Shown here: one piece after another, positions 1 to 9,074 of the stretch
How positions within the stretch are numbered: the stretch's first letter is position 1
Layout: each line of letters opens with the position of its first letter
From: a virus
Taxonomy: Duplodnaviria > Caudoviricetes
Direction: 5' to 3' (one strand)
IMG/VR virus record: IMGVR_UViG_3300027791_000026
Coordinates: 1 to 57,215 of that record
Length of the DNA: 57,215 nt
Made by a program: the position numbers and the translations under genes
Notes under the pieces: generated by a model
Seen by the model: the letters and a program-made list of their open reading frames with translations, nothing else
The model's database searches: none
Told to the model about the DNA's origin: nothing

Positions 1-652
1 TATGAGTGTCTTCATCATCATCGTCTTCGTCGTCTTCTTCAGCTTCTTCAAAGCTTTCAAATCCATTTTCTTCCATTTCAGCAGAATAATCTTCTTCACC
101 ATCTGCATCATCGTCGCCATCTTCTTCTTCGCCCATTGCTGCTTGAAGCATGTCGCAAAGTGACTTGGCCATATCACGATCTAACGTGATTGTAACTTCG
201 TCTGATTCGGTGTCTGCTACTTCGGTATCAATACCAAGCGCATCCAATTCTTGTGTTTCTTGATCTGAGTGCATTTCTTCACCCATAACGTTTTCAAAGA
301 GTTTGTCAAAAGTTGATTTCATATTATTATTTATACTCTCTTTTACCTTTTTCTCTAGTTTTTTATTTTTTTTGTTATATTCTTGTGAAGAATATATCTC
401 ACTATTATATAATTCATCTTCTACTCCGTTATGTTTAGGGTCTATAACGTTGCCATATATTTCTCCTTTATCAGCATTTTCTGGACCAGAACTATTATCA
501 TTAGCAAAGCCATGTTTAACATCGTTAGGCTTAGCAGGTGGTTTACCCGGTTTAGTACCCATTTTAGCTGCTTTTTCACCTGGTGCATTTTCAGATAAAA
601 TATTGTTATTATATGTATTCCATATTTCGGTTAGAGTATTTGATCTTGACAT
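1..652 (-). CDS. Acidic putative head/prohead-core protein, runs off window start (absent from ORF track)
   Basis: Minus-strand frame from ATG 652 (MSRSNTLTEIW...KESINNNMKSTFDKLFENVM...EEDDEEDDDEDTH), read manually with no stop seen; very D/E-rich; TATAAATA 5 nt upstream. Confidence 0.75.
   Translation of the reverse strand, partial: MSRSNTLTEIWNTYNNNILSENAPGEKAAKMGTKPGKPPAKPNDVKHGFANDNSSGPENADKGEIYGNVIDPKHNGVEDELYNSEIYSSQEYNKKNKKLEKKVKESINNNMKSTFDKLFENVMGEEMHSDQETQELDALGIDTEVADTESDEVTITLDRDMAKSLCDMLQAAMGEEEDGDDDADGEEDYSAEMEENGFESFEEAEEDDEDDDDEDTH
328..335 (-). promoter_or_regulatory. Internal late promoter TATAAATA
   Basis: Perfect T4 late box 5 nt before in-frame ATG 322. Confidence 0.6.
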
Positions 653-653
653 G

Positions 654-665
654 TAAATATTTATA
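654..665. promoter_or_regulatory. Palindromic, possibly bidirectional late promoter (TAAATATTTA)
   Basis: Minus-strand TATAAATA 665-658 is 5 nt before ATG 652; plus-strand TAAATA 654-659 faces the terminase. Confidence 0.65.
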
Positions 666-670
666 GCAAA

Positions 671-2356
671 ATGCATAAAGATAAACAAAATTACATGAAC
701 AATCCAAATCTACCCACAAACAGGGCTGAATTTGAATATACTCCAGCGATGGTAAAAGAGTTAAAAAAATGCGAAAAAAATATTTTGCATTTTGCCGAAA
801 AGTTTTTTTATATAATATCATTAGATGAAGGTAAGAAAACTATTGACCTACATTATTGTCAAAAAAGAGCTTTACGTAAAATGCGAGATAATAGATTTTT
901 TATATTATTAGCTTCAAGACAGATTGGTAAGACAACAATGATGACAATATATGCTTTATGGGTTGCATGCTTTAATAATGATCAACGCATACTTATTGTA
1001 GCTAATAAAGAAGGTACTGCATTAGAAATAATGAGTAGAATTAGATTAGCATATGAAGAATTACCTAATTGGTTAAAACCTGGTGTAAAAGAATACGGTA
1101 AAACATCTATTGTACTAGCCAACGGTACAAGAATAGGCATATCTACTACTACTGGTACAGCAGCTCGTGGTCAATCAGTCAATTGTTTAATACTTGACGA
1201 GTTAGCCTTTATCGAACCTCATTTAGTAGATGATTTCTGGAAATCAGTGTATCCTATCGTTTCATCGTCAAAAAAATCGAAAATTTTTATAGCATCTACT
1301 GCTAATGGTACAGATAATTTATTTTATAAGTTATATTCAGGTGCTGAATCGTCTGAAAACGGGTGGGCCTCTGATAAAATTTTGTGGAATGAAATACCTG
1401 GTAGAAATGAAAAATGGAAACTAGAAACTATTAATAGCATTGGTAGCTTTGAAGCCTTTCAGCAAGAATTTAACTGCGAGTTTATCTCTAATAGTGAAAG
1501 TTCTTTGGATAATGAGTTGTTCGAAAAATTAAAGAGTAAGACTAATGAACCTAAATTTGTTTTTGATGATGGTAAATATCTTTTATGGGATGAACCTAAA
1601 GAAGATAGAATATATGTAGTAAGTGTAGATACTAGTGAAGGTTTAGGTAAAGATGCTTCTGTTGTACAAGTTTTAGATTATACCGATCTTACCCATATCA
1701 ATCAAGTTGCAGTTTACCATAATAGTGAAATATCACCATATAATTTTACTGAAAAAGTCCACGAAATATTGCAACATTGGGGAAACCCTTTAGTTTGTGT
1801 TGAAAGGAATAATAGCGGAGGTCAGATAGTTGATATTTTAAAAAATACTCACGATTATGAAAATATAGTTTCGTGGGGGAGTGCAGTAGCAAATAGAAAA
1901 AAACAGCAACTAGGTATTATATCCCACACTAATACTAAATATAAAGCGGTAACTAATATGAGGTACTGGATAAATGAGCTTGAATCAGTACAAATAAATG
2001 ATTCAAGGACCGTAAAGGAGTTAAAAAACTATGTGAAAGCTCCAAATGGTACATGGAATGCAAAGAAGGGGTATCACGATGATTTAGTCACCTCACTGAT
2101 GTGGAACCTTGTAATATTAATTGATGACATGGTTGAACAATATTTTGAAGTAATAAAAAGAGACACAAATAATAGACCTTTAGAGTTACAACAAATGGAT
2201 TTTGGTATTAAATATTTTATGAACCCGACTTCTTTATATACAAATGAAAAATCAGGTTTATCCAATACACTACCAGTTATTATAGGCAACGCTTCAAATA
2301 CAGATAGTGAAATAGATAATTTACAAACACAAGGTTATAAAATATGGCAGCAATAA
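671..2356 (+). CDS. terL: Terminase large subunit (T4 gp17-like)
   Basis: SRQIGKTT Walker A, LILDELAF Walker B, STANG coupling motif, VDTSEG and HDDLV nuclease motifs; start could be ATG 695. Confidence 0.96.
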   Translation: MHKDKQNYMNNPNLPTNRAEFEYTPAMVKELKKCEKNILHFAEKFFYIISLDEGKKTIDLHYCQKRALRKMRDNRFFILLASRQIGKTTMMTIYALWVACFNNDQRILIVANKEGTALEIMSRIRLAYEELPNWLKPGVKEYGKTSIVLANGTRIGISTTTGTAARGQSVNCLILDELAFIEPHLVDDFWKSVYPIVSSSKKSKIFIASTANGTDNLFYKLYSGAESSENGWASDKILWNEIPGRNEKWKLETINSIGSFEAFQQEFNCEFISNSESSLDNELFEKLKSKTNEPKFVFDDGKYLLWDEPKEDRIYVVSVDTSEGLGKDASVVQVLDYTDLTHINQVAVYHNSEISPYNFTEKVHEILQHWGNPLVCVERNNSGGQIVDILKNTHDYENIVSWGSAVANRKKQQLGIISHTNTKYKAVTNMRYWINELESVQINDSRTVKELKNYVKAPNGTWNAKKGYHDDLVTSLMWNLVILIDDMVEQYFEVIKRDTNNRPLELQQMDFGIKYFMNPTSLYTNEKSGLSNTLPVIIGNASNTDSEIDNLQTQGYKIWQQ

Positions 2357-2958
2357 ATCAATCACAGTTTAATAAAAGTAGATTAGATAAGTTTTTACTT
2401 ATATTAAATTTACCACCTGTTCTTAAAGATATAAGTAAAAAAGATCTTGGTAGTCGAGATAATAAGGTTGTTATAGAAAATAGCTTACAATTTTCAGTAT
2501 ATGGAGCCGTTGTACCATCTGTTACAGTACCTGCAGAAGATCTTTATTATGGAGGACAAACCCTTAAAATATCTAAACATACAAGACCTGTTTATGAAAA
2601 CGTTCGAGTAAATTTTACTATAGATAATGAATTTAATAATTATTGGGTTTTATATAAATGGTTAGATTTACTTAACGATGAAGAATTATCTAAATTTAAT
2701 GGTAAGGATATAGCTGATACAGTTAAAATGGAACCGGTAAATAATACAACCGGTAAAAGTTTAAGTCCGCAATCATTGTACCAAGCTGATATAACTTTAT
2801 TAGCGTTAGATGAGTTTGATAAAAGTAAAGTAAAATTTGTATATACAAAAGCTTTTCCAATTAGTTTAGGAGGGTTAAATTTTAATTATAGAACTGCTGG
2901 AGAAATTGAAACTACCTTTGAATTTGCATTTTCACAATTGAAAGTTGAACTACTTTAG
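2344..2958 (+). CDS. Tail tube terminator/completion protein (T4 gp3-like, tube fold)
   Basis: VVPSVTVP...YENVRVNFTIDNEFNNYWVLYKWL...AFPISLGGLNF tube-fold pattern; next to sheath. Confidence 0.7.
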   Translation: MAAINQSQFNKSRLDKFLLILNLPPVLKDISKKDLGSRDNKVVIENSLQFSVYGAVVPSVTVPAEDLYYGGQTLKISKHTRPVYENVRVNFTIDNEFNNYWVLYKWLDLLNDEELSKFNGKDIADTVKMEPVNNTTGKSLSPQSLYQADITLLALDEFDKSKVKFVYTKAFPISLGGLNFNYRTAGEIETTFEFAFSQLKVELL

Positions 2959-3002
2959 TCTATATTTATAATTTCATTTAAAAAAAATAGCATTAAAACC
3001 AT

Positions 3003-3008
3003 TAAATA
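3003..3008 (+). promoter_or_regulatory. Late promoter box
   Basis: TAAATA 5 nt before ATG 3014. Confidence 0.7.
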
Positions 3009-3013
3009 ATTGT

Positions 3014-5413
3014 ATGCGTACGATACAATCTCCAGGGGTAGAAATAAAAGAAATCGATTTAAGTTTGAGACCTGTTTTTCCAACAGGTACAAACATTATG
3101 GTTGCAGGTTATTCTGATAAAGGACCAACAGATGAAGTTATTCAAGTAACTAGTCAAAGTGAATTTGAACAAATTTACGGGGTTCCAACCACCCCGGCTG
3201 AAAGATATTTTTATCATACAGTAAGACCATTATTTCAATCTCCAGCTAATATTTTAACATATAGATTACCATATGGAACAGAATCCGGTAACGGTTTTGG
3301 TAATGATTACGGTGTTTTAGCCTACCCGGTAAGTGCCATTAATATTGGTAATACAGTAACAGGTGGAGGTGACATTGTATATGGAGGTGGTCTTAGAACA
3401 TTAAACCAATCACCATCTGGTGTAATGTATACACTTGGTAAACCGAAACATTTCTCCTTAACACAAAAGCAATATAATCAGATTTTACAAAAAGATGGTT
3501 TCGATTTTAGTAATATAGGTACTAAAGCAGAAGAATTATCTTCATTTGAAACTTTAGGTAGAGCAGGTTTATTAATCCTTAATAAAGGTCAAACAACTAT
3601 TGATGAAAAGTACCAAGGTTTTTATGTTGGTGCAGTCGATAACACTAATCTTAACCCTGCAACAGACTTTGACGGTATTTTAAATACAAAAACAATTGGA
3701 CAGTCAGCTGCAGTTACGTCAAATTATCTATCGTTACCATCAAGTAGATTAGACTTTACTTTATCGTCAATATCTGACAATAATACAAGTACTTTTGGTC
3801 AAGAAGATGATAGTGTTTCAGAAATAATGGAAAATCTTAGTAAATTTGATATTGCTACTAATGATTTTGATGATACTGTTTCATTAGGTTTATTTAAACT
3901 TAGACAATCACCATTCTCACCCGATACAATTAAATTAAATTACGCATTAAGTGAAACGTATGTCGGTTCATTTGATAGTTTTAGACAAATTAATACATCT
4001 GATGGAGGTACCCCAGTAAGCTTTTATTTAGATACAAAAGAAAATGATTCACCAAATGTGCAGATCTTAACTAATAAGTTTATATCACATGCAGAAGATG
4101 GTGGTACTTGGTTAGATATTAATGGTAAGCCTTCCAATAAAGTAAGATTTACATCAACTAAATTCTCAACAGATGCTAGTGGTATTAAGAATATAGAGAC
4201 GTTATCAGCTTCATATGGTGCTACAACAACAGCTGAAGCGGCGGCGTTATCAGCTTCATTGGTACAAACAACGAACCAACTCGGTGCCGCGGATAGTTTA
4301 TTCCCACTAGGTTCATATGCAAGTCAAGATGCTAAAACTAAGGAGCTTGGTAGTATTCCAGCGAAACTTGATAGATTATTCGATACAGTCGAAAATATTG
4401 ACTTATTTGATATCGATCTAACCTTAGATGGTGGTATTAGTACTATTAATGCAGTTTCTGAATTCTTAGAAAGAACAGGTCAAGGTAAGTATTTTGATGA
4501 TACAGCATCGATTTCAGCTTTCGACGGTTTCTATACATCAGATATTGTTAATAATTTAACAACTGAGGCAAAAGCGTTCAGAAGTGATTGGAAAACAATC
4601 TTTGATAGGTTTGCAGAATTTGCAGAGAAACGTAGAAAAGATCATATGTTTGTTGCTGACTTACCGAAACCAATTTTTATAAAAGGTAAGAGTTTCTTAA
4701 CTTTAGATGATCCTAATAAAAACTTCTCACTCAATATACTTAAACCAATTCAAGCTCATACAAGTATTGTTAATACAAGTTATGCAGCAACTTATGCTCA
4801 ATGGGCACAGGTTTATGATCCATATTTAGATGACCAGTGTTACGTACCATTCTCAGGTTTTGCTGGAGCAGCAATGGCCAATACAGATGCTAATTTCCAA
4901 CCATGGTTTGCACCAGCTGGATTTACTAGAGGTATTGTAACTGGTGTTAATGATCTTGCATTATACCCTAAACAGAAGCAAAGAGATCAACTCTATAAGA
5001 TATCTACTAATCCAGTAGCATTCTTCCCAGGAGAAGGATTTGTAATATTTGGTCAGAAGACATTACTCAAGAAGCCAAGTGCATTTGATAGAATTAATGT
5101 AAGACGTTTATTCTTGAATCTAGAAAAAGCTACTAGGCAGACAGTTAAGTATTTTGTTTTTGAACCTAATACATTACTAACCCGCACAAGAGTGTTGAAT
5201 ACATTAACGCCGATTTTTGATAATGCTAAAAACACAGAAGGGGTTTATGATTTCTTAGTAGTTTGTGATGAAAGGAATAATACACCAACTGTAATTGACC
5301 AAAACGAGCTTATTGTTGATATATATCTCAAACCAGTAAGAGCTGCAGAATTTATTTTAGTTAATTTCTACGCAACCAAAACTGGAGCTGATTTCAATGA
5401 ATTAGTTGGTTAA
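3014..5413 (+). CDS. Tail sheath protein (T4 gp18-like)
   Basis: N-terminal SPGVEIKEIDLS; C-terminal PWFAPAGFTRG, NPVAFFPGEG..IFGQKT, FDRINVRRLF, FEPN, KPVRAAEFI. Confidence 0.96.
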   Translation: MRTIQSPGVEIKEIDLSLRPVFPTGTNIMVAGYSDKGPTDEVIQVTSQSEFEQIYGVPTTPAERYFYHTVRPLFQSPANILTYRLPYGTESGNGFGNDYGVLAYPVSAINIGNTVTGGGDIVYGGGLRTLNQSPSGVMYTLGKPKHFSLTQKQYNQILQKDGFDFSNIGTKAEELSSFETLGRAGLLILNKGQTTIDEKYQGFYVGAVDNTNLNPATDFDGILNTKTIGQSAAVTSNYLSLPSSRLDFTLSSISDNNTSTFGQEDDSVSEIMENLSKFDIATNDFDDTVSLGLFKLRQSPFSPDTIKLNYALSETYVGSFDSFRQINTSDGGTPVSFYLDTKENDSPNVQILTNKFISHAEDGGTWLDINGKPSNKVRFTSTKFSTDASGIKNIETLSASYGATTTAEAAALSASLVQTTNQLGAADSLFPLGSYASQDAKTKELGSIPAKLDRLFDTVENIDLFDIDLTLDGGISTINAVSEFLERTGQGKYFDDTASISAFDGFYTSDIVNNLTTEAKAFRSDWKTIFDRFAEFAEKRRKDHMFVADLPKPIFIKGKSFLTLDDPNKNFSLNILKPIQAHTSIVNTSYAATYAQWAQVYDPYLDDQCYVPFSGFAGAAMANTDANFQPWFAPAGFTRGIVTGVNDLALYPKQKQRDQLYKISTNPVAFFPGEGFVIFGQKTLLKKPSAFDRINVRRLFLNLEKATRQTVKYFVFEPNTLLTRTRVLNTLTPIFDNAKNTEGVYDFLVVCDERNNTPTVIDQNELIVDIYLKPVRAAEFILVNFYATKTGADFNELVG

Positions 5414-5425
5414 ACATTTATAGTT

Positions 5426-5433
5426 TATAAATA
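5426..5433 (+). promoter_or_regulatory. Late promoter TATAAATA
   Basis: 5 nt before ATG 5439. Confidence 0.75.
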
Positions 5434-5438
5434 TTATT

Positions 5439-6065
5439 ATGCCAGATACTAAATTAACAGATTTAGAGATAGTAACTCAACCTAAAAATGGAGATATATT
5501 ATATATCGTCGATATTAATAACGATGCGTCGAAACAAATAACTTATAATAACCTAGTAGGTACTAAAATAACTAGTTTAAGTACATCATTTGATAATCTT
5601 AGTGGTGGTTTAATAGTTGATATAGAAGCTAATACCACTAATATTACAACTGCTCAGAATGATATAGTTATTCATTCTACTGATATAAATACACTAAGTA
5701 CTATAACTGGTACATTGTCAACCAAGGTTGCCGAAGTTAGCGCAATGGCTCTTGATTCTGGTTTACTTAGTACAGTAGATGCTAATACATTTAGTTTTGG
5801 TACTGCCATGACGGTAAGTTCAGCAACACCGGTAACACAGCATATAACAACTTTTAATACTGATATCGGTCATATGGGTTCAATAGGTTTAAGTGCATTA
5901 GGTGGTTTAAGCGGGCTACAAACGAATTTTTATCCTATAAGTGCTAATGCATTTGAATTATTATTATTTTCTAGACCTAACGATGATAGAACTATTACAA
6001 TACCTGCAAATACAGTTTTCACGTATTATGTAAAAAAGAATATTTACGGATTTCCAACATCCTAA
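5439..6065 (+). CDS. Short fibre/decoration protein
   Basis: N-terminal KLTDL...DILYIVD...SKQIT module shared with other fibre genes; coiled-coil-like S/T-rich middle; lies between sheath and tube. Confidence 0.55.
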   Translation: MPDTKLTDLEIVTQPKNGDILYIVDINNDASKQITYNNLVGTKITSLSTSFDNLSGGLIVDIEANTTNITTAQNDIVIHSTDINTLSTITGTLSTKVAEVSAMALDSGLLSTVDANTFSFGTAMTVSSATPVTQHITTFNTDIGHMGSIGLSALGGLSGLQTNFYPISANAFELLLFSRPNDDRTITIPANTVFTYYVKKNIYGFPTS

Positions 6066-6076
6066 CTAACCTAGAT

Positions 6077-6082
6077 TAAATA
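6077..6082 (+). promoter_or_regulatory. Late promoter box
   Basis: TAAATA 5 nt before ATG 6088. Confidence 0.7.
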
Positions 6083-6087
6083 ATTAT

Positions 6088-6633
6088 ATGGCAGACACAA
6101 CACAAACAATTCAAGGTTTTTATACACAAGCACAAGCTAAGGATTTTGCTAGGAATAATCTATTTAGAGTTTTAAATGTCAATTTTGGAGGCGGCACTGA
6201 AGTATCATTTGATGAATCAGATTTAGTCTATGCTACTACAGCTGAATTACCAGGTAAAACAATTGGTAATGTAGCAGTACCTTACATGGGTTTAAATTTT
6301 AATGTACCAGGTACAGTCACATATGATAACAGTGAAGGGTATACATTAACTTTTAGATCAGATGAATCTCATAATTTAAGAGAAAAATTCTTACAGGTTC
6401 AAGCAGATACTTTCGACGATGAAGATAGTACAGGTAACTATTTTATGCCAACAGCTGATGCAGTTATTGATTTAGTACTTTTAAATAAGGAATTAGATAG
6501 AGTGGCTCAATATCAATTAGTAGGTTGTTCTATCCGGAATGTAGGTCCTCAATCATATGATTCTACTGGCACTGGTGAGGTTGTTACATTTACAGCTACC
6601 GTTGCATATCATTACTTTAGAAAGACAGCATAA
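6088..6633 (+). CDS. Tail tube protein (T4 gp19-like)
   Basis: ARNNLFRV, AELPGKTIGNVAVPYMG, TLTFRSDE, FTATVAY; size and position after sheath. Confidence 0.88.
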   Translation: MADTTQTIQGFYTQAQAKDFARNNLFRVLNVNFGGGTEVSFDESDLVYATTAELPGKTIGNVAVPYMGLNFNVPGTVTYDNSEGYTLTFRSDESHNLREKFLQVQADTFDDEDSTGNYFMPTADAVIDLVLLNKELDRVAQYQLVGCSIRNVGPQSYDSTGTGEVVTFTATVAYHYFRKTA

Positions 6634-6655
6634 CATATAAAAAAGATCTAAATTC

Positions 6656-6681
6656 AAAAGCTCTCTTTGAGAGCTTTTTTT
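6656..6681 (+). terminator. Intrinsic terminator
   Basis: AAAAGCTCTC-TTT-GAGAGCTTTT hairpin plus T-run after tube gene. Confidence 0.85.
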
Positions 6682-6686
6682 ATGCA

Positions 6687-6692
6687 TAAATA
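6687..6692 (+). promoter_or_regulatory. Late promoter box
   Basis: TAAATA 5 nt before ATG 6698. Confidence 0.7.
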
Positions 6693-6697
6693 TTATT

Positions 6698-7549
6698 ATG
6701 CCAGGTATTTTAAATTCTATAAACAATGCTGTACAAAGTATTGGTAATAAAGCAAATAGTCTTGTAGGTGGTTCATTAGCTCAACCTGGTTTAAGTTTAT
6801 TTGGTACTAATTTACCATTTACACCTTTAATTAGTTTTAGAGATAGATTTTTAGATAGTTTAGATCAATGGAATACATCTATACCATTAAACACTCAGTT
6901 TATTGTTCTAATCGATAATTTTCCACTAGGTTTAACTACTAACGTTTTACAAAATTTAGAACCAATTGTACAACGCACCGGGTTTGATATAAATTTACCT
7001 AAAGCAACTTTAACTAATTATAAAAATCAAGCTATAGTAGGTTGTATTTTTACAAATGGTTTTAATATAGGGGATGATAGTTTAGATTCGGCCGCAGCTA
7101 AAATTGAAAATAATCGAGGTTTTATACAAGGAACAATATTAAAAGATAGATCAGATTTCGCATCAAATAAATTTACCCTTAGTCTTAGAGAAACTAATTC
7201 ATCATTTGTAGATTTTGTAATAAGACCTTGGGTTATAATGGCATCACATTTTGGAATGGTAGCCAGGGATAAAAATAACCCTGCAGAGTTAATAAAAGAT
7301 CCAAAAGTTAATTTAACTGTAGTACAATATACAAGAAGTGATAAAGGTCTATCACAAATACCAAGAAAAACGTGGAGATTTTACAATTGCGTGCCTACTT
7401 CAGTAAGTACAAGAGATTATCAATATGGTGATACCGAAGATGTGAAAAATTTTGACACTCAATGGGTATATGACAGGTATGAAATTAGTAGTAACTTATA
7501 TTTAAATATAGGTGAGCTTATTAAAGCTATTAATCCGTTCCCTTTCTAA
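6698..7549 (+). CDS. Baseplate tail-tube initiator (gp54-like, tube fold)
   Basis: FTLSLRETN..F....IRPW and WRFYNCVPTSV...Y tube-fold motifs. Confidence 0.6.
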   Translation: MPGILNSINNAVQSIGNKANSLVGGSLAQPGLSLFGTNLPFTPLISFRDRFLDSLDQWNTSIPLNTQFIVLIDNFPLGLTTNVLQNLEPIVQRTGFDINLPKATLTNYKNQAIVGCIFTNGFNIGDDSLDSAAAKIENNRGFIQGTILKDRSDFASNKFTLSLRETNSSFVDFVIRPWVIMASHFGMVARDKNNPAELIKDPKVNLTVVQYTRSDKGLSQIPRKTWRFYNCVPTSVSTRDYQYGDTEDVKNFDTQWVYDRYEISSNLYLNIGELIKAINPFPF

Positions 7550-7550
7550 A

Positions 7551-8312
7551 ATGAATCAATATTTCTATGAAAGTTATGAAATAACTGAATTAAGTTATTT
7601 TGAATATAAAAATTTAGTAAAGAATTTATTTACCGACGACCCATGGGTATTAAATCAAGTTTTTAATAATACTATTAATAATGCAGTTAAAGGTAATAAA
7701 GAAATAGATATTTTTGATAAAGTAAAAATACTTTTATTTTTGAGATCGTTAACTTTAGGGGAAGATTTTGATATAACTTTTAAAGAAAAAAATTATAAAA
7801 TGAATATTAATTCAATTGTGAATAATATATCGATTAACAGTAACGAAATAGTTTCAGATAGGGTAACTTTTAAAAAATCAAATAGTTTTTATGTTGAAAA
7901 TTTATTAAATGAAGTGATTATATCAATTGAAAAAATAGTTTTAGATAACGATGAAATAAATTTTTCTAAATTAACTAACGAACAAAAAGATATTATATTT
8001 AACGAAATTTCAGATTCTAACATATCTCAGATAGTAAATAGTATCGCTGATAATTTAAAACAAGATAATCTTAATTTATTTGATATGAACTTTAATTTAC
8101 ATAATGGAGATATTTTATATTTTTTTAAAAATATATTCAAAACTGATTTAAATAGTTTATATGATCTTGAATACGCATTAATAAAAAATTTAAATTTAAA
8201 TACCGTCGATTTTCAAAATTATTCTTTAAGTGAAATAAAAATTTTATTAAACAAACTAAAGGATGAATATAAAGATAATAAGCAGGGTGGTGTTCCCCAT
8301 AATCAAATGTAA
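7551..8312 (+). CDS. Baseplate hub assembly protein (gp26/gp51-like)
   Basis: D..KILLFLRSLTLGE motif and C-terminal LSEIKILL; ATG 7551 preferred over GTG 7512. Confidence 0.5.
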   Translation: MNQYFYESYEITELSYFEYKNLVKNLFTDDPWVLNQVFNNTINNAVKGNKEIDIFDKVKILLFLRSLTLGEDFDITFKEKNYKMNINSIVNNISINSNEIVSDRVTFKKSNSFYVENLLNEVIISIEKIVLDNDEINFSKLTNEQKDIIFNEISDSNISQIVNSIADNLKQDNLNLFDMNFNLHNGDILYFFKNIFKTDLNSLYDLEYALIKNLNLNTVDFQNYSLSEIKILLNKLKDEYKDNKQGGVPHNQM

Positions 8313-8315
8313 ATA
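8310..8315 (+). promoter_or_regulatory. Late promoter box overlapping upstream stop codon
   Basis: TAAATA 6 nt before ATG 8322. Confidence 0.55.
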
Positions 8316-8321
8316 TTTCAA

Positions 8322-9056
8322 ATGGAAAATTTTAATGATATTTTAAGTCAAGTAAAAAGTCTCAAAAAAGAGATTACTTTTTATTCACCTATAAACGATA
8401 AAGAACTAAAAATTTATCCTTTAAGTCTTAAGCAACAAAAAGATATATTAGAAAATACCTTTTCAACTACTTTATCATTATTACATTTTAACAATTGTAT
8501 CTATAATATTATTAAAGAAAATTTTTCTGGAAATATAAAAGATTTAGATACTATTGATAGGGTATCAATTTCATTATCATTGAGAAATAAGATTTCAAGT
8601 TTATATAAATCAGGAGACGTTGAGGTTAACTTATCTGATATTATAGAAAAAAATAAAAATAAAGCAACATTTAAATCCAAAGAAGTTATTAGTGATGAAT
8701 TTACTTTTAAATTAAAAAACCCTAATTTAGAATTAGATAATAAAATCAATAATATAGTCTTAAGAAAATATAAAAATGAAAAAATTACTGAAGACAATGT
8801 TAATAACGTTATTAGTGATTTATACATATATGAACTAGTTAAGTTTATTGATGTGTTTGAATTTGGTGAAAATGTAATTAAAGTAGAGGAAAATATTAAT
8901 AATACAGTTAAAATTTTAAGTGAAATTGATTCGAACAATTTTAACAAGGTATTTGACTATATTAATGAACTTAGAAAAATAGAAACTTCTTTAACTAAAA
9001 TTCCTAATTCAGATGATAGTATTTCTATTACCCCGGACTTCTTTATAGTTCGTTAA
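8322..9056 (+). CDS. Baseplate hub subunit (gp26-like)
   Basis: SP...KELKIYPLSLKQQKDIL, DR..I.L.LR and terminal DFF patterns; precedes tape measure. Confidence 0.55.
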   Translation: MENFNDILSQVKSLKKEITFYSPINDKELKIYPLSLKQQKDILENTFSTTLSLLHFNNCIYNIIKENFSGNIKDLDTIDRVSISLSLRNKISSLYKSGDVEVNLSDIIEKNKNKATFKSKEVISDEFTFKLKNPNLELDNKINNIVLRKYKNEKITEDNVNNVISDLYIYELVKFIDVFEFGENVIKVEENINNTVKILSEIDSNNFNKVFDYINELRKIETSLTKIPNSDDSISITPDFFIVR

Positions 9057-9062
9057 GGTAAT

Positions 9063-9068
9063 TAAATA
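9063..9068 (+). promoter_or_regulatory. Late promoter box
   Basis: TAAATA 6 nt before ATG 9075. Confidence 0.65.
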
Positions 9069-9074
9069 TTATTG

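Noticed and set aside
303-821. ORF-track entries 303..656 (+) and 609..821 (-)
   Set aside because: Antisense or off-frame shadows of the minus-strand gene at <1..652 and of terL; no promoter signal
671-2356. Intein or intron in the terminase
   Set aside because: Length and motif order are normal; no splice-junction motifs seen
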